The translations under genes and the position numbers were made by a program. From assembly GCA_951813565.1 (NCBI GenBank), contig OX638351.1, positions 3,424,001 through 3,488,000 of the forward strand: a stretch of 64,000 nt of DNA. The letters are read 5' to 3'. The notes beneath the pieces are model-generated. The model worked only from the letters and a program-made list of their open reading frames with translations, did no database searches and was not told the DNA's origin. The stretch is from an uncultured Poribacteria bacterium. Lineage in GTDB: Bacteria > Poribacteria > WGA-4E > WGA-3G. Positions 49,286 through 59,038 of the stretch are shown here, piece after piece; position 1 is the stretch's first letter, and each line of letters opens with the position of its first letter.

Positions 49286-51079
49286 TTATTGCACATCCCA
49301 CAGCAGAATCGTACTATCCCATCCTGCTGTGGCAAGTGTCCGACCATCTGGGGAATATGACATTAACCAAACGTCCTGTATATGCCCACCGAAAGTTTGC
49401 CGTAATTCACCTGTGCGCGTATCCCAAATTCGAATTTTATCGTCCCTATGAATGCTGGCAAAGGTAAGACCATTTGGTGAGTAAGACAAATTTCTCGCCT
49501 TTGTCTCTGGTGTAATAATCTTATACGGTTCATCAGCATCCATATTCCAGAATTGAATTTTCCCATCCATATCTATATTTACAAAGGTTTCCAAACCATG
49601 TGAAAAAGAAACTGCGTGTCCAGAAATTGTTTTGACAGCCTCTCCAGTGTTAACATTCCAAAATTGGATTTCCGCATCGTTTGTGCTCACAAGTGTTTGT
49701 CCGTCCGGTAAAAATGCCAAAGTTCTGACATAATCCTCTTTCCATGTAAGTTCTTTTAGGTTTTCGCCAGTAGCGGCATCCCATATACGGATGGTCCCGC
49801 GCTTGTCTCCACTTGCCAGTGTTTTCCCATCAGGACTAAACGCAACTGATGAAATGCCGTCCTTATGTCCCACGAAAATCTGTCCGTGTTTATCTGTCTT
49901 TATATCCAGAAACCATATCGTATTATTTCTGCCATCTCCACAAGCGAGCGTCTTACCGTCCGGTGAATACGCAAAGCAATCCATCCTCTTTGGGACTGAA
50001 CAGACAGTTTTCATCAATTTTCTCGTTTGCGTATCCCATAAATGTAATCTATTGTCAGAACTTAGGATTGCAAGAATTTCACCGTTTGGGGAATACGCCA
50101 TTGAGCTTGTAAACATCTCGGAGTATCCTGTCCGAATTCGCTGTGGGGAACCAGTGGTAACATCCCAAAATCGAATTGTCCCGTCCCTATGTGCGTTTGC
50201 CAATGTGCTTCCATCTGGAGAGAAAACTATATGATCGGTAGTATTTGGCGAGCTTTCAATGGATTTGAGACGTTCACCTGAAGTAACATCCCAAAACTGT
50301 ATCACATCGTCTTCATAATTATTACTAACCAGTGTCTTTCCATTTGGATTGAAGACGACTGCATTAACACCCTCGGAATCAGTAGTTGCTGTGAACGTAG
50401 CCTTTAGCTGACCAGTATGAGTATTCCATAACCGGATTGTTCCATCATCACATCCACTTGCCAGTATGTCGCTGTCTGGAGAGAAAGTTATGGACGATAC
50501 ACCCCCAGTATATCCAATGAGAGAACATAGGAATTCTCCAGTGTGCGAATTCCACAGATGAATCATGTTATCTCTGCCATAACTTGCAAGCATTTCACCA
50601 TCTGGAGCATATTCTACTTCCAATACCCCGCCTGCATGTCCAGCAAAGGTGAAACGTAGTTCTCCAGTAGACACATCCCATAACCGAATTGTTTCATCGT
50701 CCCCACCGCTCACAAGAGTTTTTCCATCGGGGCTAAATGTAACCGATCTTACACCTTCAGAATGTCCTGTAAGAGTCGTTTTAAGTTTTTCGGTATGCGG
50801 ATCCCATAATAAAATTGTACCATTGTTACCATCATTTGCCAGAAGCTTATTATCAGGACTGAAAGCAACAGTTCCAGCTCCATCTATCCTTTCTGTGAGT
50901 AGTTTGAGTTCTTCACCAGTCTGCGCATCATATATCCAAATACCGATGGTGCCTCCTGCAGCAAATAAAGTGCCATCTGGGGAATACGTCATATCAAATA
51001 CGTAGCCTTTTCCCAAGCGCGCCTTGGCACCTTCCGGTAATTTCCACTTTGTAGAATCTTGAACAAGGTTATTTTGCAT
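49286..51079 (-). CDS. WD40 repeat protein without a signal peptide (propeller module of the sigma-WD40 type)
   Basis: AAAGGA then ATG MQNNLVQDSTKWKLPEGAKARLGKG; upstream codons resemble the sigma-WD40 linker. Confidence 0.85.
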   Translation of the reverse strand: MQNNLVQDSTKWKLPEGAKARLGKGYVFDMTYSPDGTLFAAGGTIGIWIYDAQTGEELKLLTERIDGAGTVAFSPDNKLLANDGNNGTILLWDPHTEKLKTTLTGHSEGVRSVTFSPDGKTLVSGGDDETIRLWDVSTGELRFTFAGHAGGVLEVEYAPDGEMLASYGRDNMIHLWNSHTGEFLCSLIGYTGGVSSITFSPDSDILASGCDDGTIRLWNTHTGQLKATFTATTDSEGVNAVVFNPNGKTLVSNNYEDDVIQFWDVTSGERLKSIESSPNTTDHIVFSPDGSTLANAHRDGTIRFWDVTTGSPQRIRTGYSEMFTSSMAYSPNGEILAILSSDNRLHLWDTQTRKLMKTVCSVPKRMDCFAYSPDGKTLACGDGRNNTIWFLDIKTDKHGQIFVGHKDGISSVAFSPDGKTLASGDKRGTIRIWDAATGENLKELTWKEDYVRTLAFLPDGQTLVSTNDAEIQFWNVNTGEAVKTISGHAVSFSHGLETFVNIDMDGKIQFWNMDADEPYKIITPETKARNLSYSPNGLTFASIHRDDKIRIWDTRTGELRQTFGGHIQDVWLMSYSPDGRTLATAGWDSTILLWDVQ

Positions 51080-51199
51080 AGATGTTTTTCCTTTTGTTGA
51101 ACCATCGTTGCTGCTTTCTTGGTATAGTGTTGCTTCTAATCCCAATTTTATCAGAACAACCGACTTACAATTGGAGGGCAACTTGCGTCAAAGTAGCAT

Positions 51200-53155
51200 T
51201 TACTGCGGAACATCCCATAGTAGGACTGTGCTATCCCATCCTGCTGTGGCGAAAGTGTGTCCGTCAGGGGAATATTCAAAAAAATAGATGTTATCGAACC
51301 TATAACTTGACCAGTTACTATTTTTATGTCCAATGGCAGAAGTCCGAATAACCTCACAAGTATCTGCATCCCAAAACGATAATAATTCACCGTCCGAATC
51401 AATGCCCGCAATTGTGCGTCCATCTGGTGAATACGCCAGAAAATGTGTTTTTACTTCTGATGTGATGGTCTTGAACGGTTCATTACTGTCCATATTCCAA
51501 AACTGGATAATGCCATTTTTTTCCTTGATTACAAACTTCTCCCAATCAGGAGAATGAACAATAAGGTAGCCAGCGATGGTCTTGAACGGTTCATTACTGT
51601 CCATATTCCAAAACTGGGTAATGCCATTTTTTTCCTTGATTACAAACTTCTCCCAATCAGGAGAAAAAGCAATAGCGTAACCAGCGAAGGTTTTAATGGT
51701 ATCCCCAGTGGCAATGTCCCAAAAACGGATTCCCGCATCGTGTCCCGGATCGTGTGTACTCACAAGTGTTTGTCCGTCTGGTAAAAATGCCAAAGTTCTA
51801 ACATTCTCTTTCCATGTAAGTTCTTTTAGGCATTCGCCAGTAGCGACATCCCATATATTAATGCTACCGCTCTCGTCCCCACTTGCGAACGTTAATCCAT
51901 CAGGACTAAACGCCACTGTTGTAATAATATCCTTGTGCCCACTAAAAAAGCGTCCGTGCTCACCCGTTTCAGTATTCATAAGTCCAACTGCATAGTTTGC
52001 GTTTGTAACACCCCCATAGGCAAGAGTTATACCATCTGGCGAATAAGCAATATGATCGATGCTTCTTAGGGAATCTACAAAGAATGTCTTTTTCAACTTG
52101 CTGGTGTGAGTTTCCCATATCTGAATGATGGGACCAGCACTTACTGCCACAATTTTGTTTCCATCTGGGGAATACACAATATCACGAATCAGATCTGGGT
52201 ATCCTGTGAGGGTGCGTATCGGTGTAGTGGTCGCAACATCCCAAAAACGCATTGTACCACCTCCACCAGCACATACCATTGTACTTCCGTCTGGTGAAAA
52301 AACTATTTGATTGGGTGTATCTGGAGGATTTTTGATGGTTTTGAGACGTTCACCGGTAGCCACGTCCCAAAACCGAATCAAATCGTCTGCGTAATCGGTA
52401 CTGATCAAAGTTTTTCCATTCGGACTGAATACGACTGACCAGACACCTTTGGAATCTGTTGTATGTGTTAAGGTTGTCTTAGGGTTTCCGGTGTCGGTAT
52501 CCCATAATTGAATTGTCCCATCATCAATGCCACTTGCTAAAGTTGCACCATCAGGAGAATATGCAATGGAATTAATATCGGTTGTGTGTTCAGTGAGAGT
52601 CCGCAAGAATTCTCCGGTATGTGCATCCCACAAATAAATCATATCATCTCCGTCATGACTAACGAGAATTTTACCATCGGGTGAATACATCACATCGGAA
52701 ACGCCATCGGCATGTCCAGCAAAGGTAAGGCGAAGTTCACCTGTTGCTACATCCCACAACCGAATAGTTTCATCGTCGCTTCCGCTTGCAAGTGTTTTTC
52801 CATCGGGACCAAACGTTACAGAATTAACTTTGTCCTGATGTCCCGTAAGTGTCTTTCTATGTTCTCCGGTACGTGTATCCCATAATAGTATTGTGTTATT
52901 TTTTCCATTACTTGCCAGAAGTTTGCTATCTGGACTGAAAGCGACCGCCGAAACACTTTCCATGTGCTCTGTAAGCAAGTTGAGTTCTTCACCGGTGCGT
53001 CCATCATAAATCCAAATACCGATGGTGCCTCCTGCAGCAAATAAAGTGCCATCTGGGGAATATGCCATATCAAATATATGGCCTTTTCCCAAGCGCGCCT
53101 TAGCACCTTCAGGCAATTTCCACTTTGTAGAATCTTGAACAAGGTTATTTTGCAT
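51200..53155 (-). CDS. WD40 repeat protein without a signal peptide (C-terminal module of a decayed sigma-WD40 gene)
   Basis: Same start context as 51079; preceded by the linker KNRVG...GKTS and a sigma fragment. Confidence 0.85.
   Translation of the reverse strand: MQNNLVQDSTKWKLPEGAKARLGKGHIFDMAYSPDGTLFAAGGTIGIWIYDGRTGEELNLLTEHMESVSAVAFSPDSKLLASNGKNNTILLWDTRTGEHRKTLTGHQDKVNSVTFGPDGKTLASGSDDETIRLWDVATGELRLTFAGHADGVSDVMYSPDGKILVSHDGDDMIYLWDAHTGEFLRTLTEHTTDINSIAYSPDGATLASGIDDGTIQLWDTDTGNPKTTLTHTTDSKGVWSVVFSPNGKTLISTDYADDLIRFWDVATGERLKTIKNPPDTPNQIVFSPDGSTMVCAGGGGTMRFWDVATTTPIRTLTGYPDLIRDIVYSPDGNKIVAVSAGPIIQIWETHTSKLKKTFFVDSLRSIDHIAYSPDGITLAYGGVTNANYAVGLMNTETGEHGRFFSGHKDIITTVAFSPDGLTFASGDESGSINIWDVATGECLKELTWKENVRTLAFLPDGQTLVSTHDPGHDAGIRFWDIATGDTIKTFAGYAIAFSPDWEKFVIKEKNGITQFWNMDSNEPFKTIAGYLIVHSPDWEKFVIKEKNGIIQFWNMDSNEPFKTITSEVKTHFLAYSPDGRTIAGIDSDGELLSFWDADTCEVIRTSAIGHKNSNWSSYRFDNIYFFEYSPDGHTFATAGWDSTVLLWDVPQ
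51464..51665. repeat. Near-identical tandem duplication with a 111-bp period (one WD blade)
   Basis: 51464-51554 matches 51575-51665; SPDWEKFVIKEKNGIxQFWNMDSNEPFKTI occurs twice. Confidence 0.9.
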
Positions 53156-53226
53156 AGATGTTTTTCCTTTTGCTAATCCTTCGTTGCTACTTTTACCGTG
53201 GGCAGCATCCTGTCCAACACGATTTT

Positions 53227-53445
53227 TCACGTCAGATTTTGAACAATTTCGCGGCGGCGCTCAACTTCCGCCTCTTCACGTTGTTCTGAAATATAACACG
53301 TATAAGCGGTTTCTTCTAATGTTTCCTGGCTTGTGGCTTCAAGCGATTGCGCTGCCTGTTTTTTCTTTCGCAGCAATGCAATGCATCGTCTATCAGCGAT
53401 CACATACAGCCACCCGGCAAATTGATTCGGTTTTTTTGGGTTTGC
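53227..53445 (-). pseudogene. ECF sigma fragment (end of sigma2 plus linker)
   Basis: PNQFAGWLYVIADRRC...SLEAT..ETLE.TAY..YISEQRE matches the 36711 gene; the N-terminus, sigma4 and TM are missing. Confidence 0.85.
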
Positions 53446-53572
53446 AGTTTTTTGTATACATGTAGGAAGGTTGCATGATTGCCACAATTGAAACAAATTT
53501 GAGTTTTTTCAGAAAAATCCGTTTTATTTTCTTATGTGTATCCCTACAACTTTTTTCATGAACCTTAATCGC

Positions 53573-55582
53573 CTATATATAAGGTGTGAGATCCCAAAGG
53601 AGGATAGTACCATCATAACTTGTACTGGCTAAAAGTTTGTTGTCTGGAGAGAAGGCGAGTGCATGTACATCTGTTGGGTGTCCCCAAAAGGTAACAATGT
53701 GCTTTCCTGTCTCAACTTCCCACAAACAGATTCGCATCTTCTGCATGCCTTCTTTCCACCATGCCCCTGCGGCAAAATAGTTCTCACACGAAGAAAATGT
53801 CTTAGCATGCATACCTTCGTATTTTCGTGGAAGCGACAACCTTGCTCCAATTTCATCCACTGTTAAGTCATAGAAGATTTTTTTATCCTTGCAGAGTTTA
53901 CGGTGGGTGATGTCCCAAATTAGAATTTCTTCTATTCCAAAGCAAACAAGGTACTGTCCACACGGTGAAAATCTGAATCCTGTGACACTATCACTTGGAA
54001 ACGTATCTATTTCTTCACCAAGTTCCATGTCCCACAGTCGGACATTTCGATATTTTGATTCACTTGCGAGTAATTTTCCATTATAACTGAATTCCAACTC
54101 TCTAATTGAGTCACCATCATCTTCATCATCGTCGTCATCACTTAGCTCAAGGGGATGTGTCAATTCATAAAGTTTCTTTCCATTCTGTACATCCCACACT
54201 TGTATGTTGCCATCTGCACCAGCATAAGCAAATAGTGTGCCTGTCGGTGTCAAGGTAGGAAAAGCACTCCAGTATTCACGTCCAGTCCCTTCAATAAGAG
54301 GGATACCATTCCCATCAGCTTCCCAAAGTGCGACGTTGTTTTCTTTGATACTGGCAACATAGAGTTTTCCGCTCTCGGTTTTATATACGAACTGATTTTT
54401 GCCTGCCGATGCCTCTTTAATTGCTGGACGCGAATGTTTACTTTCAATATCCCACAACACAACACCCTCATGATGATGCTGAACAGCTAACGTTTTTCCA
54501 TCCTGCGAGAATACAGCCGATGTCGGAAATGAGATAGGCGAATGTGTGAACTGACGTTTGATAGGATTATCAGCAGTCCATACGTTGATGAATTCATGTC
54601 TGCATTCATAAGCAAGTTGCGAACCGTTTGAAAATACGACGGTGTTGCCCCAATCACCTACACCAGAGAATTGGACAGTATTGCCCCAAAATTGATCGTT
54701 ATAAAGTTGCTCCCCACTTTCAAGGTCACGGACAGAGATTGTGGCGGGACCGGTATCGTCATAATGGACTATCGCTGCGCGTAGAATTCCATCTGGTGTC
54801 CAAGAAGGCATAATGCGATATACATCACCATAATCTGTATATGTCTGAGTTTTTTGCCACGTATTAACATCCCAGACGTATACGGTGCCATCTTCGTCGC
54901 CGGAGACAAGGAACTTCCCACACGGTGAAAAGCAAAGAGTAGTTACCCAACGGGTATGTGCTGATAGACACGAAATTTGTTCACCACTTTGCATATCCCA
55001 TACGACCACCGACTTCGCATCGTTAGCATCAGTGGGAATACCTGTAGACGCTATCAGTTGAGTATCAGGTGAAAAACTGATAGGGCGGTAGAAACCTGCT
55101 TTTTCAATGTCTGAAGTGAATTTTGACAACGGTTCGCAGGTTTCCGCATACCAGATTTCAACGGTAGAAGAATTTGCATAGGCAGCTGCAATATATTGAT
55201 TATCAGGTGAAAAAGTCAACCCTAAAATATAATCATCTATTTCTACTTGTGTTAAGCACGCGCCATTTTGGATGTCCAATACCTTTAGAATTTTGTCTGA
55301 ATTGCTGGCTGCAATGCATTTTCCGTTAGGTGAAATGGCAACGTGAAATACCATACCGCGTTCCGTCTCCCATAGCGCGATAGGAGATAGCGTCTCCAAG
55401 TCATATACCCAAAGACCTAATGAGTTCCCTATTGAGATATATTGCCCATCTGGTGAGAAAGCAATATCCGGTTCACGTCCGCGCCCTAATCTTGCGATAG
55501 CACCTTCGGGGAGTGTCCAAGTCGCAACGTCGCTGCTATCTACAGCATCGCGCCCAGAAATCAAATGAGTTCTGTTTTCCAT
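53573..55582 (-). CDS. Divergent WD40 repeat protein without a signal peptide
   Basis: WTLPEGAIARLGRG cap, WD40 repeats and an acidic insert SDDDDDEDDGD. Confidence 0.88.
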   Translation of the reverse strand: MENRTHLISGRDAVDSSDVATWTLPEGAIARLGRGREPDIAFSPDGQYISIGNSLGLWVYDLETLSPIALWETERGMVFHVAISPNGKCIAASNSDKILKVLDIQNGACLTQVEIDDYILGLTFSPDNQYIAAAYANSSTVEIWYAETCEPLSKFTSDIEKAGFYRPISFSPDTQLIASTGIPTDANDAKSVVVWDMQSGEQISCLSAHTRWVTTLCFSPCGKFLVSGDEDGTVYVWDVNTWQKTQTYTDYGDVYRIMPSWTPDGILRAAIVHYDDTGPATISVRDLESGEQLYNDQFWGNTVQFSGVGDWGNTVVFSNGSQLAYECRHEFINVWTADNPIKRQFTHSPISFPTSAVFSQDGKTLAVQHHHEGVVLWDIESKHSRPAIKEASAGKNQFVYKTESGKLYVASIKENNVALWEADGNGIPLIEGTGREYWSAFPTLTPTGTLFAYAGADGNIQVWDVQNGKKLYELTHPLELSDDDDDEDDGDSIRELEFSYNGKLLASESKYRNVRLWDMELGEEIDTFPSDSVTGFRFSPCGQYLVCFGIEEILIWDITHRKLCKDKKIFYDLTVDEIGARLSLPRKYEGMHAKTFSSCENYFAAGAWWKEGMQKMRICLWEVETGKHIVTFWGHPTDVHALAFSPDNKLLASTSYDGTILLWDLTPYI

Positions 55583-55723
55583 TATAAATTCTCGCTTGTA
55601 ATGAGTAGCGTCTGAGAGCATATTTTAGGAAGTACGCGCTAACACAGCTTTGTATATGAAGTTATACCATCTCTAATAGATTATATTGCATTATTTCGTA
55701 GGTTGGGTTTCGCACGCTCTATC

Positions 55724-55941
55724 CATAGGTGTCAATTTAAGCACATAATTACCAGATTGTCTCTTGTGGGAGTGAATCAACGCCAAATGCGCTTTTTGGC
55801 AGCATGCCATACGGGGAATGCCAAAGGGCATTCATACCCGGTTAATGACTAAATGTCATTCATACCGTTGATTTCTTGATTTGGCGCATGCTGCGTTGAT
55901 TCACTCCTACAAGAAAATCTATCCTTAAGTTGACGCCTATG
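55724..55941. mobile_element. MITE family C inserted in a GTAG REP-like hairpin, with an imperfect 18-bp duplication
   Basis: CATAGGTGTCAATTTAAG ... CTTAAGTTGACGCCTATG; flanks GGTTTCGCACGCTCTATC and GGTGTAGCACGCTCTACC (3 mismatches). Confidence 0.8.
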
Positions 55942-56121
55942 GGTGTAGCACGCTCTACCCGACCTACAAGTTATTATGATACTTTGTCAATTAGATATGG
56001 TATTAGTTCGCGCGCATATAAGGGAATATGCGCGCTTATATAAAACAATGAAAGTTTAGGAAATACAAGCGCCTGCTGGTAAATAGGCGCACATAGTAAG
56101 AATCAAAATTGAATCAGGCAC

Positions 56122-57135
56122 TCAGGCATGTGCCGGAATCTGCTTATTGGATGAAGAAACAGGTTCGTCTAAGCGCTGCTCACCACCGATTAACTCGCGA
56201 CAAACATCAGCAATATGACGCGCAGCACAACCGTTTTGCACAGGTGTCAATTGCCTAAGTTCATCCATATCCAGCACAGAATAGACCTCTTTGCCAAGTG
56301 CTAATCCGACGTAGATTGTTGATGAATAACTCGTAATCAACGCCTCAGAATTCGCTATCATTTCTTCAGCACTGCCGGAGGTGTAGACGAGGGCATCAGG
56401 CGCCAATTTTTTGATTTCGGCGGTGCGCCGTTCAAACTTTTCGTTAGGATGTAGTTTGAAAATCAATTGCCGTCTGTTGGCAATTTCAAGCGCTTTTTTG
56501 ATGAACTTTTTCCGATTTTCGTAACGGAATTTTTCGCGAAGATCAGAGGTACAAACCAGAACATACCCTTTATGTGGAAAATCGTTATCGCAGTATTTTT
56601 GACAATTGTCAAAATTTGGTATACCGGTTACACGAATTTTTTCGGGTTTAACACCTTTACGGATGAACAACTCGCGATAACCTTCGCCAGCAACGCAGTA
56701 ATAGTCAAAGTTGTTGCTTATACCATTGGCTGAAGTACCAGCAAACCATTTTGGAAGGAATTTGAATGTTTTTACAAGATGGAAGGCAAATTTTTCTGGA
56801 TCTGTGATGCCTTCTTGCACAACAATACGTTTTTTGTCTTTTATATTTTTTTGCACTACGAGATCGCTACAGGTAACAATCAAATCATAATCACGCTGCG
56901 TGCCGCCGTAGTCAATAGGAAGTTTTTGTGCCTCAAGGTAACGGTGGCATTCCCCAGCACGTTTTTCACCGATAATTGTAAATTCTACAAGTTTTAGCTT
57001 ATTAAGAAATTTGATGAATCCGTCTGCATAAAACGGCGTGAAAAACTTTTCATATTCAGGTAACTCTTGAGCGATTTGTTGCATCTGCGTTGTAATATTC
57101 ATAGAACCGCATATAAACAGAATCTTCTTTTTCAT
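56122..57135 (-). CDS. Hypothetical GT-B-fold-like protein (possible glycosyl- or nonulosonate transferase)
   Basis: VTGIPNFD, LIFKLHPNE and LITSYSSTIYVGLALGKEV resemble CDP-glycerol-phosphotransferase/sialyltransferase-type C-terminal motifs; it lies downstream of the neu genes. Confidence 0.55.
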   Translation of the reverse strand: MKKKILFICGSMNITTQMQQIAQELPEYEKFFTPFYADGFIKFLNKLKLVEFTIIGEKRAGECHRYLEAQKLPIDYGGTQRDYDLIVTCSDLVVQKNIKDKKRIVVQEGITDPEKFAFHLVKTFKFLPKWFAGTSANGISNNFDYYCVAGEGYRELFIRKGVKPEKIRVTGIPNFDNCQKYCDNDFPHKGYVLVCTSDLREKFRYENRKKFIKKALEIANRRQLIFKLHPNEKFERRTAEIKKLAPDALVYTSGSAEEMIANSEALITSYSSTIYVGLALGKEVYSVLDMDELRQLTPVQNGCAARHIADVCRELIGGEQRLDEPVSSSNKQIPAHA

Positions 57136-57482
57136 CAGAAATCACCTTTTCATGTTATTGCAGTAGAATTAATTTCATTATTAAGGAAAACCTGCAGAAT
57201 CAAGACATCAATTACAAATTGATATTATCAAGAAATGTTTGCAGGCATATTCTAAAAATGCGCGCTCGTTTTAAGACACATTATACCAAATTAACAAAAA
57301 ATTGCTATAGGTTTTTCTTATATTTTTTGTTTCAATTTATCTGCACAGAGATGTGCGAGGAATTCAATGACCGTATGTATTTACGAATAGATAATATGAT
57401 ATAAAGTTCCAATATATTTAGTATTGGAACGCAAAAATGGGGAGAAAGTTAACGCGAAATTCTTTACAAATAAATTATTACA

Positions 57483-58025
57483 CTACATAGCGACGAACCA
57501 AATTCCTATCTCAGCTGTGCAAATTCCAAGCAATGCACCTGCAAGAACATCAGTAGGATAGTGTACTCCAAGATATACACGTGCTACACCGACCATCGCC
57601 GCCCACACAAACGTTCCAATTTGTAATGCGGGAATATGAAAGAAACTTGATAGCAGTGTCATCACAAGAAACGCTGAGGCCGTGTGTCCAGATGGAAAAC
57701 TAAACTTATCCGGGGGTCGAACACGAAAGTGAACATCATCAATTTTCTCAAAGGGGCGGTCCCGTTTCATTGACTGTTTAAGAAAATGATAAAGTATCCT
57801 TTCTATTGGGAATGCAACAGCCGCTGACAAAAAAAAAGGGTTGCTAAATGTCCCATCAAAGGCACGAAAAACGTAAATCGCAATAAATGGATAAAGATAC
57901 CCGTTAGCACTCCAAGAAATAAAACGGAAGGAACGGTTGAGAAACCGCCTATCGCCCCAGCCAAAGATGCGGTGGAATAATAAAGTATCCCATCGGGTTA
58001 CATTATTGGTAATTTCTCTTAGCAT
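57483..58025 (-). CDS. PAP2-family membrane phosphatase
   Basis: KxxxxRxRP, SFPSGH and ARVYLGVHYPTDV. Confidence 0.93.
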   Translation of the reverse strand: MLREITNNVTRWDTLLFHRIFGWGDRRFLNRSFRFISWSANGYLYPFIAIYVFRAFDGTFSNPFFLSAAVAFPIERILYHFLKQSMKRDRPFEKIDDVHFRVRPPDKFSFPSGHTASAFLVMTLLSSFFHIPALQIGTFVWAAMVGVARVYLGVHYPTDVLAGALLGICTAEIGIWFVAM

Positions 58026-58097
58026 AAGTAAATTAATTGGTATATGCGCAGATAAGAACGCATATTACATTTCAATCCTTTCAACCGACAAATATCG

Positions 58098-58982
58098 TTA
58101 GGACGTTAATGTATCTTTCCTTCTTAATCTTTCCATTGCGGTTTTTTCACCCGGATAAACCCGTTTGACACCGTCACCAAGAGAGGATTCAACGGTACGG
58201 ATGTATTTGACTAATCTATCAAAGCCTTGGGGTTCAACTGATGCAGCTTGATCACTACCCCACATTGCCCGATCCAATGTGATGTGGCGTTCAACAAAAC
58301 ACGCGTTTAGTGTTACCGCTGCAATAGTAGTTGGCAGACCTACTTCATGCCCTGAATAACCTATTGGACAGTCGAACATATTAGAAAGGGTGGTAATTGT
58401 ACGTAAATTTAATTGGTCTGGGGGGCATGGGTATGTGCCGTTGCAATGCAAGAGAATTAGGTCAGCCTCTCCAATAAGTTCAACTGCTGCTTTGATTTGG
58501 TCAAGCGTAGACATCCCTGTAGACAAAATCAGTAGACGGTCCGTTGCGCGATGATATTTCAACAATTCAGCATCTGTCAACGCCGCCGATGGTATTTTAT
58601 AGCAAGGTGGGTTGAATTGCTCAATAAAATCAACAGAAGGTTCGTCCCAACAAGAAGCGAACCACGTTATGCCTTTGGAACGGCAATAGTCATCAATCTC
58701 AGTAAATTCATCAATACCAAATTCTACTTTGTAGCGGTACTCCATATAACTGATATATCCCCACGGAGTCCTACGCATTTGATCCCGTTGTTCTGCAGGC
58801 ACACATATCTCTGGTGTCCGTTTTTGAAACTTGACCGCATCACACCCCGACTTGATAGCAGCATCTATTAAGGACTTTGCAATATCAATGTCCCCATTGT
58901 GATTGATTCCAATTTCGGCTACAATATAAACAGGTTGTCTTGTTCCGGCAAGTTTTTCTCCGATCTGAACAACTTTTGGCAT
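58098..58982 (-). CDS. neuB: N-acetylneuraminate/nonulosonate(-9-P) synthase, short form lacking the SAF/antifreeze domain
   Basis: AEIGINHNGD, AVKFQKR, LSTGMS, GYSGHE and ERHITLDRAMWGSD. Confidence 0.88.
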   Translation of the reverse strand: MPKVVQIGEKLAGTRQPVYIVAEIGINHNGDIDIAKSLIDAAIKSGCDAVKFQKRTPEICVPAEQRDQMRRTPWGYISYMEYRYKVEFGIDEFTEIDDYCRSKGITWFASCWDEPSVDFIEQFNPPCYKIPSAALTDAELLKYHRATDRLLILSTGMSTLDQIKAAVELIGEADLILLHCNGTYPCPPDQLNLRTITTLSNMFDCPIGYSGHEVGLPTTIAAVTLNACFVERHITLDRAMWGSDQAASVEPQGFDRLVKYIRTVESSLGDGVKRVYPGEKTAMERLRRKDTLTS

Positions 58983-59038
58983 TTTTCTCCTTTTCCTGTT
59001 TCTCTTATTTCTGGTGCGTTTCAAGAAACCGTGGACAG

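Noticed and set aside
31309..54813. Numerous plus-strand ORFs (e.g. 34154-34708, 39758-40153, 49791-50234)
   Set aside because: They are antisense shadows of the WD40 genes; the recurring 'PSGLNA' is the reverse complement of AFSPDG.
31191..55582. Periodic DNA repeats as a CRISPR array or DGR template/variable repeats
   Set aside because: The periodicity is WD40 coding sequence in open frames. There are no constant repeats with unique spacers, no cas or reverse transcriptase gene, and no adenine-specific mismatch pair was noticed.
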